Of a DNA stretch of 64,000 bases, positions 18,331 through 25,926 are shown piece by piece (within the stretch, counting starts at the first letter, position 1; each line of letters begins with the position of its first letter). The DNA is from an uncultured Eubacteriales bacterium. GTDB taxonomy: Bacteria > Bacillota > Clostridia > Christensenellales > UBA1242. The position numbers and the translations under genes are program-made. The stretch is taken from contig URXM01000001.1 of NCBI GenBank assembly GCA_900551855.1, forward strand, positions 125,804-189,803, in the 5' to 3' direction. The notes below the pieces were generated by a model, which was not told the origin of the DNA, made no database searches, and saw only the letters and a program-made list of their open reading frames with translations.

Positions 18331-19050
18331 ATGTTAACAATAGTTGTAAGAGCAATAATTATTTATTTAGTGGTTTTGTTTTTATACAGGCTTATGGGCA
18401 AAAGGCAACTTGGACAAATGCAACCTTTTGAGCTTGTTTTGACTCTTATTATTGCTGATCTTGCCACAATACCTATGGCTGAAGTTTCTGTCCCTGTTTT
18501 GCACGGGATAGTCCCTTTGTTAACACTTGTTATTGTCCATTTTGTATTGACTTTGCTGTGTAAATTAAGCAATAAATTTTCCTCTTTTTTGAGTGGAAAA
18601 CCTGTGATTGTGATAAATCCAAATGGGATAGATTATAAGGCACTAAAAAATTTAAACATATCTGTTGATGATGTTTTTGAAGCAATAAGAGGGTGCGGGT
18701 ATTTTAAAATAGAGCAAATTCAATATGCAATTATGGAAACCAATGGAAAAATGAGTGTTTTGCCTAAGAGCCTTTATTCTCCAGTTACGATTGGAGATAT
18801 GAAAATAAAAACAGAGAAGAGTGCCATTCCTGTAAACATTATCAATGAAGGAAAAATTGTAAAACAAAATCTTGCAATTGCAAACATAAGCGAAATTGAT
18901 GTAAAAAACATTTTGCAAAAAGCAAATATAAAAAAAGTTAAAGATGTGCTTATTTTGACTGTTGATAAAAACGGTGATGTTTACATACAAAAATTTAATG
19001 ACAAATATCTCACGATGCAACTTAAACAGTTGGGGTCGGTGGAAGAATGA
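18331..19050 (+). CDS. DUF421 (YetF-like) membrane protein
   Basis: The YRLMGKRQLGQMQPFELVLTLIIADLA motif is typical of DUF421. The ATG at 18331 is preferred over the TTG at 18307, but the start is uncertain. Confidence 0.7.
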   Translation: MLTIVVRAIIIYLVVLFLYRLMGKRQLGQMQPFELVLTLIIADLATIPMAEVSVPVLHGIVPLLTLVIVHFVLTLLCKLSNKFSSFLSGKPVIVINPNGIDYKALKNLNISVDDVFEAIRGCGYFKIEQIQYAIMETNGKMSVLPKSLYSPVTIGDMKIKTEKSAIPVNIINEGKIVKQNLAIANISEIDVKNILQKANIKKVKDVLILTVDKNGDVYIQKFNDKYLTMQLKQLGSVEE

Positions 19051-19448
19051 CTAAGTATATGTGGTTTAAATTGGTGTCTGTTTTTGTGATTGTTGGGACT
19101 CTGATTGCTATTTGTGTGGTAGAGGACAGACTGATAATAAATTCTTTTAAAGAAATTCAAAATTATTGCTATGAAATTGAAGAAGTGGCAAAAAACAATG
19201 GCATTGTTGATGGAGAAGTGGCAAGCTTGGTTGACAATTTGGAATATTCTTGGACAGTCAACGAAAGCAAAATGTGTTTTATGGTCAATCATAAAGCTAT
19301 CGAACAAATGGGTGTGGAAATAGTGAGACTAAAAACATACATAGATGAAGATGAGCCTATTGAATTTTTTGTTTCTTTGGAACTTATAAAACATTATCTT
19401 GAAACTTTTCAACATTTCATGGGGGCAAGTTTTCACAACATTTTATAA
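19047..19448 (+). CDS. DUF4363-like small membrane-anchored protein
   Basis: ATGA overlap with the DUF421 gene. N-terminal TM helix followed by a helical domain. The DUF421/DUF4363 pairing is common in Clostridia. Assignment is from context and architecture only. Confidence 0.5.
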   Translation: MTKYMWFKLVSVFVIVGTLIAICVVEDRLIINSFKEIQNYCYEIEEVAKNNGIVDGEVASLVDNLEYSWTVNESKMCFMVNHKAIEQMGVEIVRLKTYIDEDEPIEFFVSLELIKHYLETFQHFMGASFHNIL

Positions 19449-19451
19449 AAC

Positions 19452-19499
19452 AAAAAAAAATAGTGAGTTTTAGTCAAGCAATTTTGAAACTAGCGGTAT
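19452..19499. repeat. left terminal inverted repeat (attL-like)
   Basis: aaaaaaaaatagtg (19452-19465) and gcaattttgaaactag (19478-19493) reappear in inverted orientation at 27093-27106 and 27068-27085. Confidence 0.55.
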
Positions 19500-19511
19500 T
19501 TTTAGAGAAAG

Positions 19512-19553
19512 AAAAGAGTATAAATTAAGTTTTATCTTAAAATATACTCTTTT
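19512..19553. terminator. bidirectional terminator just inside the element's left end
   Basis: Extended hairpin AAAAGAGTATAaaTTAAGttttatCTTAAaaTATACTCTTTT with T-rich sequence on both strands. It lies downstream of the recombinase gene (minus) and of read-through from the host DUF4363 gene (plus). Confidence 0.7.
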
Positions 19554-19645
19554 TCTTTTGTTTTATTATTGCTCTAGAGAAAATAGAATAAGTTTAATAT
19601 GGGGAACAAATATTTACATATATTTTTTGTATTAAGTTTGTATAG

Positions 19646-21148
19646 TTATATTACCACATACACATCATAAGATTTGGAGTAAATTCTTGTTGTGCCACCT
19701 TTGAATGTGCGTTGGGTGGTGTGGGTTTCGGTGAAAAGTTTTTTAGATGCTTGCTCGGTGGTTTGTGGCTGGTTTATAGAGTAATTAAGATAGATTTCAA
19801 TTTTCTCGTCATACACCCTAATCTGCTTTATGAAAAGTTCTATGGCTTTATTTGGGCATTTTTTCATTGTGTATTTAAAGAAATTTTGAATATCTTCTTT
19901 TGTTAGATCAAAGCGTTCTTTTGATTGCTCTACAACTAACTTTTCTTGCAAATCTTTCTTTTGTTTTTCTAGTTCTTCAAGTCGAGATTTTGTTGTGTCT
20001 GTTAATATCCCTTTTTCTATTGCTATCATAATATTTGAAATAGCGGTATTGGTTCTTTGCAATTCATTTTTTAATGCATTAAGAGAGTTGTTATTTCCAA
20101 CTCTCTTTTTATGAAGTTCATAGATTTTGGTAGAAAGTTCTTCTAAATTTTCTGGAATATTGAATTGAGATATTAAGAATTTATCAATCACGCTTTCAAT
20201 AAAGGTTTTATCAATGATTCCAACTAAACAATTTCTTTTCTTGGTAGTTATGCATTTGTAATATCGTATAGTTTGTCCATTAGAAGAAATTGCAGACACA
20301 GGATACATTTTTCTATCACAACACCCACAATAAATTCTATCTTTCAACCTAAATATTTCGTGATTGTCTTTTCGGCAACCATATCGGTTTGCGTCAAGTC
20401 TTTTCTTTACATTTTGGAATAGTTCTTGTGATATGATAGGTGGATAGATTTTATCGTAAACTTTACCATTTAATCTATAAACACCTGTGTAAAATTCATT
20501 CTTTAAATAGTGCCTTATGGTTTCTGGAATAAACTTTTTACCTTTGTTGGTTATATTTTCTTTTTCAAAATCTCTACAAATTTGAAGTATTGTTTTACCA
20601 CTCGCATAATCTTCAAATACTCGTTTAACAATACTTGCTTCATCTTCATTTATTTTTAGCATTTTGTTTTCTTTTACATATCCAAATGGAACTGAGCCTA
20701 TACAATGTCCTTTCATTCGTGATTCGTGAAGTCCACGACTTACTTTTTGTGCTAATTCTTCGCTGAAATATTGGTTCATACCTTCAAGCAGGCTTTCAAG
20801 TAAAACTCCTTCTGGTGTTTCAGGTATGTTTTCCATAGCGGACAATAGTTTTATTCCATTATCTTTTAGGTGCTTTCTATGAATTGCTGATTCATATTTG
20901 TTTCTTGCAAATCTATCAAGTTTATAGACTAACACATAGTCCCACTTTTTGTTATTGCTGTCCTTTAACATTCTTTGAAAGGCTTCTCTCTCGTCCGTTG
21001 TGCCAGAGATTGCTCGGTCTATGTATGAATCTACGATAACTATATCATTCCGTTTAGCAAAATCTTGGCAAACATGAACTTGACCTTCGATTGATTGCTC
21101 TGTTTGGTTGTTGCTACTGTATCTCGCATATATTACTGCTGTTTTCAC
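19646..21148 (-). CDS. large serine recombinase (integrase)
   Basis: Resolvase-type catalytic domain AVIYARYSSNNQTEQSIEGQ...LVYKLDRFARN, recombinase domain, Cys-rich zinc ribbon (YCGCCDRKMYPV...YYKC) and a C-terminal coiled coil. Start set at GTG 21148, 7 nt after AAAGGAG. The upstream part of the track ORF is non-protein-like. Confidence 0.9.
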   Translation of the reverse strand: MKTAVIYARYSSNNQTEQSIEGQVHVCQDFAKRNDIVIVDSYIDRAISGTTDEREAFQRMLKDSNNKKWDYVLVYKLDRFARNKYESAIHRKHLKDNGIKLLSAMENIPETPEGVLLESLLEGMNQYFSEELAQKVSRGLHESRMKGHCIGSVPFGYVKENKMLKINEDEASIVKRVFEDYASGKTILQICRDFEKENITNKGKKFIPETIRHYLKNEFYTGVYRLNGKVYDKIYPPIISQELFQNVKKRLDANRYGCRKDNHEIFRLKDRIYCGCCDRKMYPVSAISSNGQTIRYYKCITTKKRNCLVGIIDKTFIESVIDKFLISQFNIPENLEELSTKIYELHKKRVGNNNSLNALKNELQRTNTAISNIMIAIEKGILTDTTKSRLEELEKQKKDLQEKLVVEQSKERFDLTKEDIQNFFKYTMKKCPNKAIELFIKQIRVYDEKIEIYLNYSINQPQTTEQASKKLFTETHTTQRTFKGGTTRIYSKSYDVYVVI

Positions 21149-21240
21149 TTCTTTTTCTCCTTTTATTCTATTTTTCTGTCTTTCGACAGGGGCGAAACAA
21201 ACGGAAACGAATTGTTGTTTTTTAATTTTAAATTTTAGAA

Positions 21241-21286
21241 CTATTGTCAAAGGTTGTGAAACAATGCACTTTACCTTTGACAATAG
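21241..21286. promoter_or_regulatory. 14-bp perfect inverted repeat in the rep-recombinase intergenic region
   Basis: ctattgtcaaaggt (21241-21254) pairs with acctttgacaatag (21273-21286) across an 18-nt loop. The right arm overlaps aatagtgagtttt (21282-21294), which is identical to 19459-19471 in the attL-like repeat. Confidence 0.6.
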
Positions 21287-21318
21287 TGAGTTTTCGTTTA
21301 AACTTCGCACCCGAAAGA

Positions 21319-22185
21319 CTAATTACTCTTTGGCATTTCACTGATAACTTCTGGACTAACTTTACCCATAACAACACCTTCGTCAATGCAAAGAAAGTCA
21401 TCAAAGAGAAGTAGTTTTCTATCTTCCTGTCCTATGGTGCAAACGATATCACTTTCTAAAATGTCCGAGATAAAGTATGTTTGCAGATGCTTTGAGTAGA
21501 CAACTCTTTCGCCAGTCTTTCTAATATATTTGAGAATATATGAAATTGCTTGATAGACAAGAGAACTATGTTCAATCTCTTTAAAATCGTTTCTACCAAA
21601 TCTATCTAAAAAGAAAGTGTTTTGGTATGTTATCTGCATTTTATGAGTCTTTGTAGAATAGTCTTTGGTTTCAATAATCTCTCCAATCATTTTCGGTATC
21701 ACAAAAATTCCGTGAAAGTGGAGTCTATTATTTATAGGGCTTCGTTCCCAAACTCCAATATATTTCCAGCCTTTGCGGTTAGATAGATGTCTTAAACAAT
21801 TTAGTAGTTTCTTTTTAAATTCTTCTTCGCTTAATTTTTTACTATCATAGGTAAATGTGCAAAAGTGCGTCCATTGTTGTAAATTCACTTTTCTATATAG
21901 CCTTGTAAGTCTAACAATTCGATTTCGCTTTTCCTTATTTAAAACTTTCTTAACTATCTCTTTTGACTTCTCAATATCTTTAACTTCTTTATCTATTTCT
22001 TCAACTGCTTCTTTAATTTTTTCACTCTTAACTTTATCTTTCTTACTTTCTAAAATTTCCTTAACTTTTTCTTCGTTTTTATCTTTCTTAACTTTTCTTT
22101 TCTTACTTTTCCACGGTTGCGTGGTATGAGGAATAGCGATGTAATGACTACCGTCAAAATATACTTTACTTTTTGGATAGTGCAT
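21319..22185 (-). CDS. HUH-superfamily rolling-circle Rep / non-canonical relaxase-like protein
   Basis: Motif I FCTFTYD, motif II (HUH) RLHFHGIF and motif III YILKYIRK (catalytic Tyr) occur in the canonical order. There is a Lys/Glu-rich N-terminal region. RBS GGGAGG lies 6 nt upstream. Confidence 0.65.
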   Translation of the reverse strand: MHYPKSKVYFDGSHYIAIPHTTQPWKSKKRKVKKDKNEEKVKEILESKKDKVKSEKIKEAVEEIDKEVKDIEKSKEIVKKVLNKEKRNRIVRLTRLYRKVNLQQWTHFCTFTYDSKKLSEEEFKKKLLNCLRHLSNRKGWKYIGVWERSPINNRLHFHGIFVIPKMIGEIIETKDYSTKTHKMQITYQNTFFLDRFGRNDFKEIEHSSLVYQAISYILKYIRKTGERVVYSKHLQTYFISDILESDIVCTIGQEDRKLLLFDDFLCIDEGVVMGKVSPEVISEMPKSN

Positions 22186-22288
22186 TTTGTTCCTCCCTTG
22201 CTTTTGTGATTAGATTTAAAATTTCCAAGAAAAAATCTTCTTTAAGAAGTGATAAATCTAACACCTTTTCAACTTTTAATGTTCGCAT
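22166..22288 (-). CDS. possible 40-aa protein overlapping the rep start
   Basis: ATG 22288 is preceded by AAAGGAG. The product is MRTLKVEKVLDLSLLKEDFFLEILNLITKAREEQNALSKK. It overlaps rep by 20 nt, suggesting coupling. No family recognised. Confidence 0.35.
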   Translation of the reverse strand: MRTLKVEKVLDLSLLKEDFFLEILNLITKAREEQNALSKK

Positions 22289-22329
22289 TTCTTTAACTCC
22301 TTTTTTGTAAAATTTGGAATTAAAAAAGA

Positions 22330-22351
22330 CATAGAAAAATATTTTTCTATG
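22330..22351 (-). promoter_or_regulatory. perfect 22-bp palindrome (operator or attenuator-terminator) upstream of the small-ORF/rep operon
   Basis: catagaaaaatatttttctatg is its own reverse complement. On the minus strand it is followed by TCTTTTTTAATT, about 40 nt before ATG 22288. Confidence 0.5.
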
Positions 22352-22623
22352 CCCATAAAATGCAACCACTGACTCTTAAATTTTGGCTCAGAGCATACCA
22401 ATAAACTAACTTCTCGGCTTGCCATTTTGCGTTGTCTAATTTAATTTCAAGAAGAGAATAGCATAAATGATTTAAAAATGTAAGGAACTAAACTAGTACA
22501 AAACTAGTACTTTTTCCCAACAAAACCCAAACAAACTTGTAGTTTTTGGTAAAAAGTTGCACGATTTTTGCTATTCTTCTCTAAATACAGCCACAAAAAA
22601 GGGTGAAAGTTAAGGCAATATTC

Positions 22624-22656
22624 AAAAAATATTCCACTTTTTATCGTGGAATATTT
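22624..22656 (-). terminator. rho-independent terminator of the sigma-like gene
   Basis: On the minus strand: AATATTCCAC gataaaaa GTGGAATATTTTTT, immediately after the stop at 22663. Confidence 0.7.
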
Positions 22657-22662
22657 GAAATA

Positions 22663-23295
22663 TTACATATAATACATTGCATATCTATCTTTGAATTTTC
22701 TTCTTCGTCTGTAAACTCTATCTACGCTTATGCCTAAAAATTCTGCTATAAGTTTAGGTTCTACTCCGTTGTAATAGAATTCAAATACTTGATATTCAAG
22801 TTTGTTCTGTATGATTTTTGAAAGTATTTCTTTAACTTTTGTATAGTCTGGTTTTTCGTTTAATATTGGTCTATCGTCTATGAGTTCAAAACATTCATTT
22901 TCATCTACAATGTTGTTATGAAATTTTAATTCTTTTCGCAAGTACACTTGTAATACTCTAATGCAAGCATTTTTAAGATTGTCTATCTTGCCAGATTTAG
23001 ACTTTGAGTTTTTGCAAAGTTCACCAAGTCTGTGCCCTATGAATTTGCAAAGAAACAAACTTGCTTCTTGGACTAAATCGTATGCGTCTGAATAGTTATC
23101 TAGTTTCTTGTGATAGCAAATATCTTGTTTCAACTGACTTTGCAATCTCTCAACTTTTGGTGTTGCACTGTATGCATATTTCTTAATGCCTTTCAATGCA
23201 CATAGAGCGAAACATTGAGATAACTTTTCAATGTTTTCTAAGGTAATAACCGTGTTTTCATCTAAAATACCTTTTTTCTTTTTTACTTCTTTCAT
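22663..23295 (-). CDS. sigma-70-family (region 2 + region 4) transcription factor of the element
   Basis: A region-2-like DAYDLVQEASLFLCKF and a C-terminal region-4 HTH (YQVFEFYYNGVEPKLIAEFLGISVDRVYRRRRKFKDR). RBS AAGGAG lies 6 nt upstream. Confidence 0.55.
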   Translation of the reverse strand: MKEVKKKKGILDENTVITLENIEKLSQCFALCALKGIKKYAYSATPKVERLQSQLKQDICYHKKLDNYSDAYDLVQEASLFLCKFIGHRLGELCKNSKSKSGKIDNLKNACIRVLQVYLRKELKFHNNIVDENECFELIDDRPILNEKPDYTKVKEILSKIIQNKLEYQVFEFYYNGVEPKLIAEFLGISVDRVYRRRRKFKDRYAMYYM

Positions 23296-23540
23296 ATATA
23301 ACTCCTTTTATTTGCCTTTTGGCACAAACAAAAAAGAGCATAGTTTGACTGAAAATTTAAAACATTAGAATCTTATATACAACAAGTCAAGGAAGAAGAA
23401 ATATATATTTTATGCAAAGAAAAAAGACTAAGGTAAAACCTTAATCTTAAAAGAAAACTAAAATATATATTTCCCTTGAATTGTTGTGAGAACTATGCCA
23501 CAACCACCAGCCAAAAGGCGAAGAAAAGGAGAAAATACAA

Positions 23541-23622
23541 AAAACGGCATCGTAAAAAAATGAGAAGGCGTTTGGCAAAGAGGGTTTACCCCTTGCCAGC
23601 CTCTCATTTTAGATGCCGTTTT
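23541..23622. terminator. 82-nt multi-segment hairpin (bidirectional terminator-like)
   Basis: Pairings counted by hand: 23541-23551 with 23612-23622 (11 bp), 23557-23565 with 23602-23610 (9 bp), GGC/GCC, TGGCAA/TTGCCA, GGG/CCC, with loop TTTA. On the minus strand it is followed by TTTTTTGTATTTTCTCC. Confidence 0.6.
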
Positions 23623-23643
23623 GTTTTGCGGGAGAATATTTTA

Positions 23644-23669
23644 TTAAATTGCAATATTTTAAATTGCAA
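23644..23669. repeat. iteron-like direct repeat
   Basis: ttaaattgcaa occurs at 23644-23654 and again at 23659-23669, a 15-bp period. Confidence 0.6.
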
Positions 23670-23721
23670 GTTTTTGTTATTTTTAATTAAAAAATTTTTT
23701 GTTTTGTCAGTTTTTGCGTGT

Positions 23722-23777
23722 GTGTGCTTGTCTTTCGGTGGAGCGAAGCGACACCGACTTGTATATGGCAAGCACAC
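23722..23777. other. GC-rich nested hairpin in AT-rich non-coding DNA
   Basis: Outer stem GTGTGCTTG (23722-23730) pairs with CAAGCACAC (23769-23777). Inner stem TCGGTG (23735-23740) pairs with CACCGA (23752-23757). It is conspicuously GC-rich against the local background. Confidence 0.5.
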
Positions 23778-23796
23778 GTCTAAATGCCAATATTTG

Positions 23797-23958
23797 TTAC
23801 AATTGTTGTATATCAAAAAATTCAAATTGGCTGTGTTTAATTTTATTTTGAGCCCAATTAACAACAAAATTTCTATCACCGCTGATTGTTTCATAAAAAG
23901 CAGGCACTCCTGACCTAAATGAATTTTCTGTTATATAATAATTAATTTTCCATTTCAT
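23797..23958 (-). CDS. possible 53-aa protein
   Basis: My own translation is MKWKINYYITENSFRSGVPAFYETISGDRNFVVNWAQNKIKHSQFEFFDIQQL. Composition is protein-like but the RBS is weak. It lies between promoter 24189-24216 and the 23541-23622 terminator. Confidence 0.3.
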   Translation of the reverse strand: MKWKINYYITENSFRSGVPAFYETISGDRNFVVNWAQNKIKHSQFEFFDIQQL

Positions 23959-24008
23959 AAACATTTAAACCTTTTAAACTTTTTCTTCCCATTTGCTACA
24001 TGCCGAGT

Positions 24009-24158
24009 TCATACAGCCTTGGTTTCCATTCCCTCTAGCATGAATTTTACAAACATGTGTAGAAAGCGACTCCCATTGAACATTGCTTCCCATCCTTTTT
24101 GATGGATTTCCAAAATACTTGCATGTGCAACATACTCTTTGTCTTGCTGGTGTTGAAT
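24009..24158 (-). CDS. possible 49-aa protein with a non-canonical (ATT) start
   Basis: A strong SD AAAAAGGAGG (GGAGG = 24173-24169) follows the promoter, but no ATG, GTG or TTG lies 5-12 nt downstream. The in-frame ATT at 24158 sits 10 nt after the SD. The product would be (M)QHQQDKEYVAHASILEIHQKGWEAMFNGSRFLHMFVKFMLEGMETKAV. Confidence 0.25.
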   Translation of the reverse strand: MQHQQDKEYVAHASILEIHQKGWEAMFNGSRFLHMFVKFMLEGMETKAV

Positions 24159-24188
24159 TCGTATACTACCTCCTTTTTCAACAATAGA

Positions 24189-24216
24189 ATTATAACATAA
24201 AAATTTTAAGTTACAA
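24189..24216 (-). promoter_or_regulatory. extended -10 promoter (minus strand)
   Basis: On the minus strand: TTGTAA (24216-24211), 16-nt spacer, TGTTATAAT (-10 at 24194-24189). Confidence 0.55.
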
Positions 24217-24291
24217 AGAAAAAGCAGTATTTTAGTGTCCATATTTTGGGACATATATTTTGATATAATCTATTTGCAAAAAGGAGAAATA

Positions 24292-24876
24292 ATGAAAGAT
24301 AAAACTTACAATTACAATTTAATTACGCGTGAAAAGATTATCACAGAAAAAGATTTAAGTAATGGTAATTTAATTTTATTAGCAAGTAGACCTTGTATTG
24401 GGAAGACCAAAACTTGTTGTTATTTATTTGAATATTATTCAAAGAAATATAGTTGTCTATATTTTGATTTGTCTGGTAGTTCAAGCTCATATTTTCTTGG
24501 CAACAAAGAACAAAATGGATTAATATTTGATTTTACGCCTTCTGTTGAGATGATTAAAAAAATACAAAATGGAATAAAGTATGATAATTTGAAAATTGTT
24601 TTTATTGATTATTCGCAATTGTTAACAAACACAGACAATTGGTTTTTAAATATGCTGTTGGAATTATGCTCCAACCATAAGATAGTGATAATAATCACAA
24701 GCCAATTATCAAGAAAGATTGAAAAACGCAGACAACATTTGCCAAAATATAAAGATTTAAGAAATATTAAAAACATTTTCTATGCTTGTCGAAAATGCGT
24801 TGTGATAACTTGTCCATATGCTTACGGCGAAAGCGAAAAATACGAATTAGTCTATTTACTTTATAAAAGCAATTGA
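24292..24876 (+). CDS. minimal DnaB C-terminal-domain-like (RecA-fold) ATPase, 194 aa
   Basis: LILLASRPCIGKTKT matches the DnaB Walker A (ARPsMGKT). VFIDYSQLL matches Walker B (IDYLQLM). IIITSQLSRKIEKRRQHLPKYKDLRN matches SQLsRavEqR..krP.lsDLR. There is no N-terminal helicase domain. ATG 24292 is preceded by AAAGGAG, with TGATATAAT at 24261-24269. Confidence 0.65.
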   Translation: MKDKTYNYNLITREKIITEKDLSNGNLILLASRPCIGKTKTCCYLFEYYSKKYSCLYFDLSGSSSSYFLGNKEQNGLIFDFTPSVEMIKKIQNGIKYDNLKIVFIDYSQLLTNTDNWFLNMLLELCSNHKIVIIITSQLSRKIEKRRQHLPKYKDLRNIKNIFYACRKCVVITCPYAYGESEKYELVYLLYKSN

Positions 24877-24935
24877 AAATATGCCGATTGTTTGCTTTTT
24901 ATTGACTTTTATGATACACTTAATTTGAGGTTTTT

Positions 24936-25922
24936 ATGGCTACTGATACAAACAAAAAATTGTCAATTATATACATATATGAAATATTAAAAGAATATAG
25001 TGATGAAAATCACTTACTTAAACAACAAGATATAATCAAGTTGATTAAGCAAATATATGATATGGATTGTGAGAGAAAATCGATCGGAAATAACATTGAT
25101 TTTCTCATTGATTTAGGTTTTGATATCATTAAAGTTCCACATAAAGGTTGCTATCTTGGAGAAAGAGTGTTGGAGCCAAGCGAAGTATCGTTTATAGTTG
25201 ACGCATTGTTTTCAAGTAAATCAATTAGTGGCAAGCAAGCAAAAGAGTTGTCAACTAAATTGTCAAATTTGCTTAGTAAATATCAACGGAAAAAATACAA
25301 TTACATATTTAAAGCTGATGAGGTTAACCGAACAAGCAATAAAGAACTTTTTTATAACATTGAAATCATTCAAGAAGCTATTGAAAATAATAAAAAAATT
25401 TCATTTAATTATATAAGACCGCATTACGAAAAGGATAATCTACAAAAGGTTTATATTGTCAATCCATATTTTTTAGTGAATAATCAAGGTAGATATTATT
25501 TAATTTGCAATTTTGATTATTACAAAGAAATTGGTAATTATAAAGTTGATTTTATTAAAAATATCAAAATTTTAGATGAAGAACGAAAACCTATTACAAA
25601 CATTAAAGGTTTTGAAAGGGGAATTGATATTTCTAAATACATAAATGAACATATATATGTGTTTGGAGATAAAACAATAAATGCTACTATAAAACTTGCT
25701 GACGACAATTCAATAACTTATGTTATGGAATGGTTTGGTAAAAACGCTAAAATATATAAAAAGAACAACACAACTTATGCTGATATTGTAAGTAGTGAAA
25801 AAGCTCTTGTCTATTGGTGCTTGCAGTATGGTGAAAGTGTGGAACTAACTGAACCAACAGAAACTAGGAACAAAATTAAAGAAAAAGTCAAAATGATTTG
25901 TGAAAAATATGGAGAATTATAA
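24936..25922 (+). CDS. wHTH-WYL-WCX transcriptional regulator (BrxR/CapW/PafBC-like architecture)
   Basis: N-terminal wHTH (LSIIYIYEILKEYSDENHLLKQQDIIKLI). WYL domain (ISFNYIRP...VYIVNPYFLVNNQGRYYLICN...YKVDFIKNIKIL). C-terminal extension domain (ATIKLADDNSITYVMEWFG...LVYWCLQYGESVELTEP). Confidence 0.85.
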   Translation: MATDTNKKLSIIYIYEILKEYSDENHLLKQQDIIKLIKQIYDMDCERKSIGNNIDFLIDLGFDIIKVPHKGCYLGERVLEPSEVSFIVDALFSSKSISGKQAKELSTKLSNLLSKYQRKKYNYIFKADEVNRTSNKELFYNIEIIQEAIENNKKISFNYIRPHYEKDNLQKVYIVNPYFLVNNQGRYYLICNFDYYKEIGNYKVDFIKNIKILDEERKPITNIKGFERGIDISKYINEHIYVFGDKTINATIKLADDNSITYVMEWFGKNAKIYKKNNTTYADIVSSEKALVYWCLQYGESVELTEPTETRNKIKEKVKMICEKYGEL

Positions 25923-25926
25923 AATT

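Noticed and set aside
19459-21294. 13-nt direct repeat aatagtgagtttt interpreted as a target-site duplication bounding a recombinase-only unit
   Set aside because: By my rough estimate, dozens to hundreds of 13-mer matches are expected by chance in 64 kb of AT-rich DNA. Serine recombinases do not make long target duplications. The nested inverted repeats at 19452-19499 and 27061-27106 give a more coherent boundary. I kept the repeat only as a possible regulatory copy.
21149-21310. 54-codon N-terminal extension of the recombinase ORF
   Set aside because: Its sequence is non-protein-like and covers hairpins and the palindrome. The resolvase domain starts right after GTG 21148, which has an AAAGGAG RBS.
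23476-23913. 145-aa plus-strand ORF and 96-aa minus-strand ORF (23604-23894) in the centre of the element
   Set aside because: They have non-protein-like composition (Lys/Arg runs, Cys/Phe/Leu-rich), run straight through hairpins and repeats, and have no RBS. The region is better explained as structured non-coding DNA with, at most, two small minus-strand ORFs.
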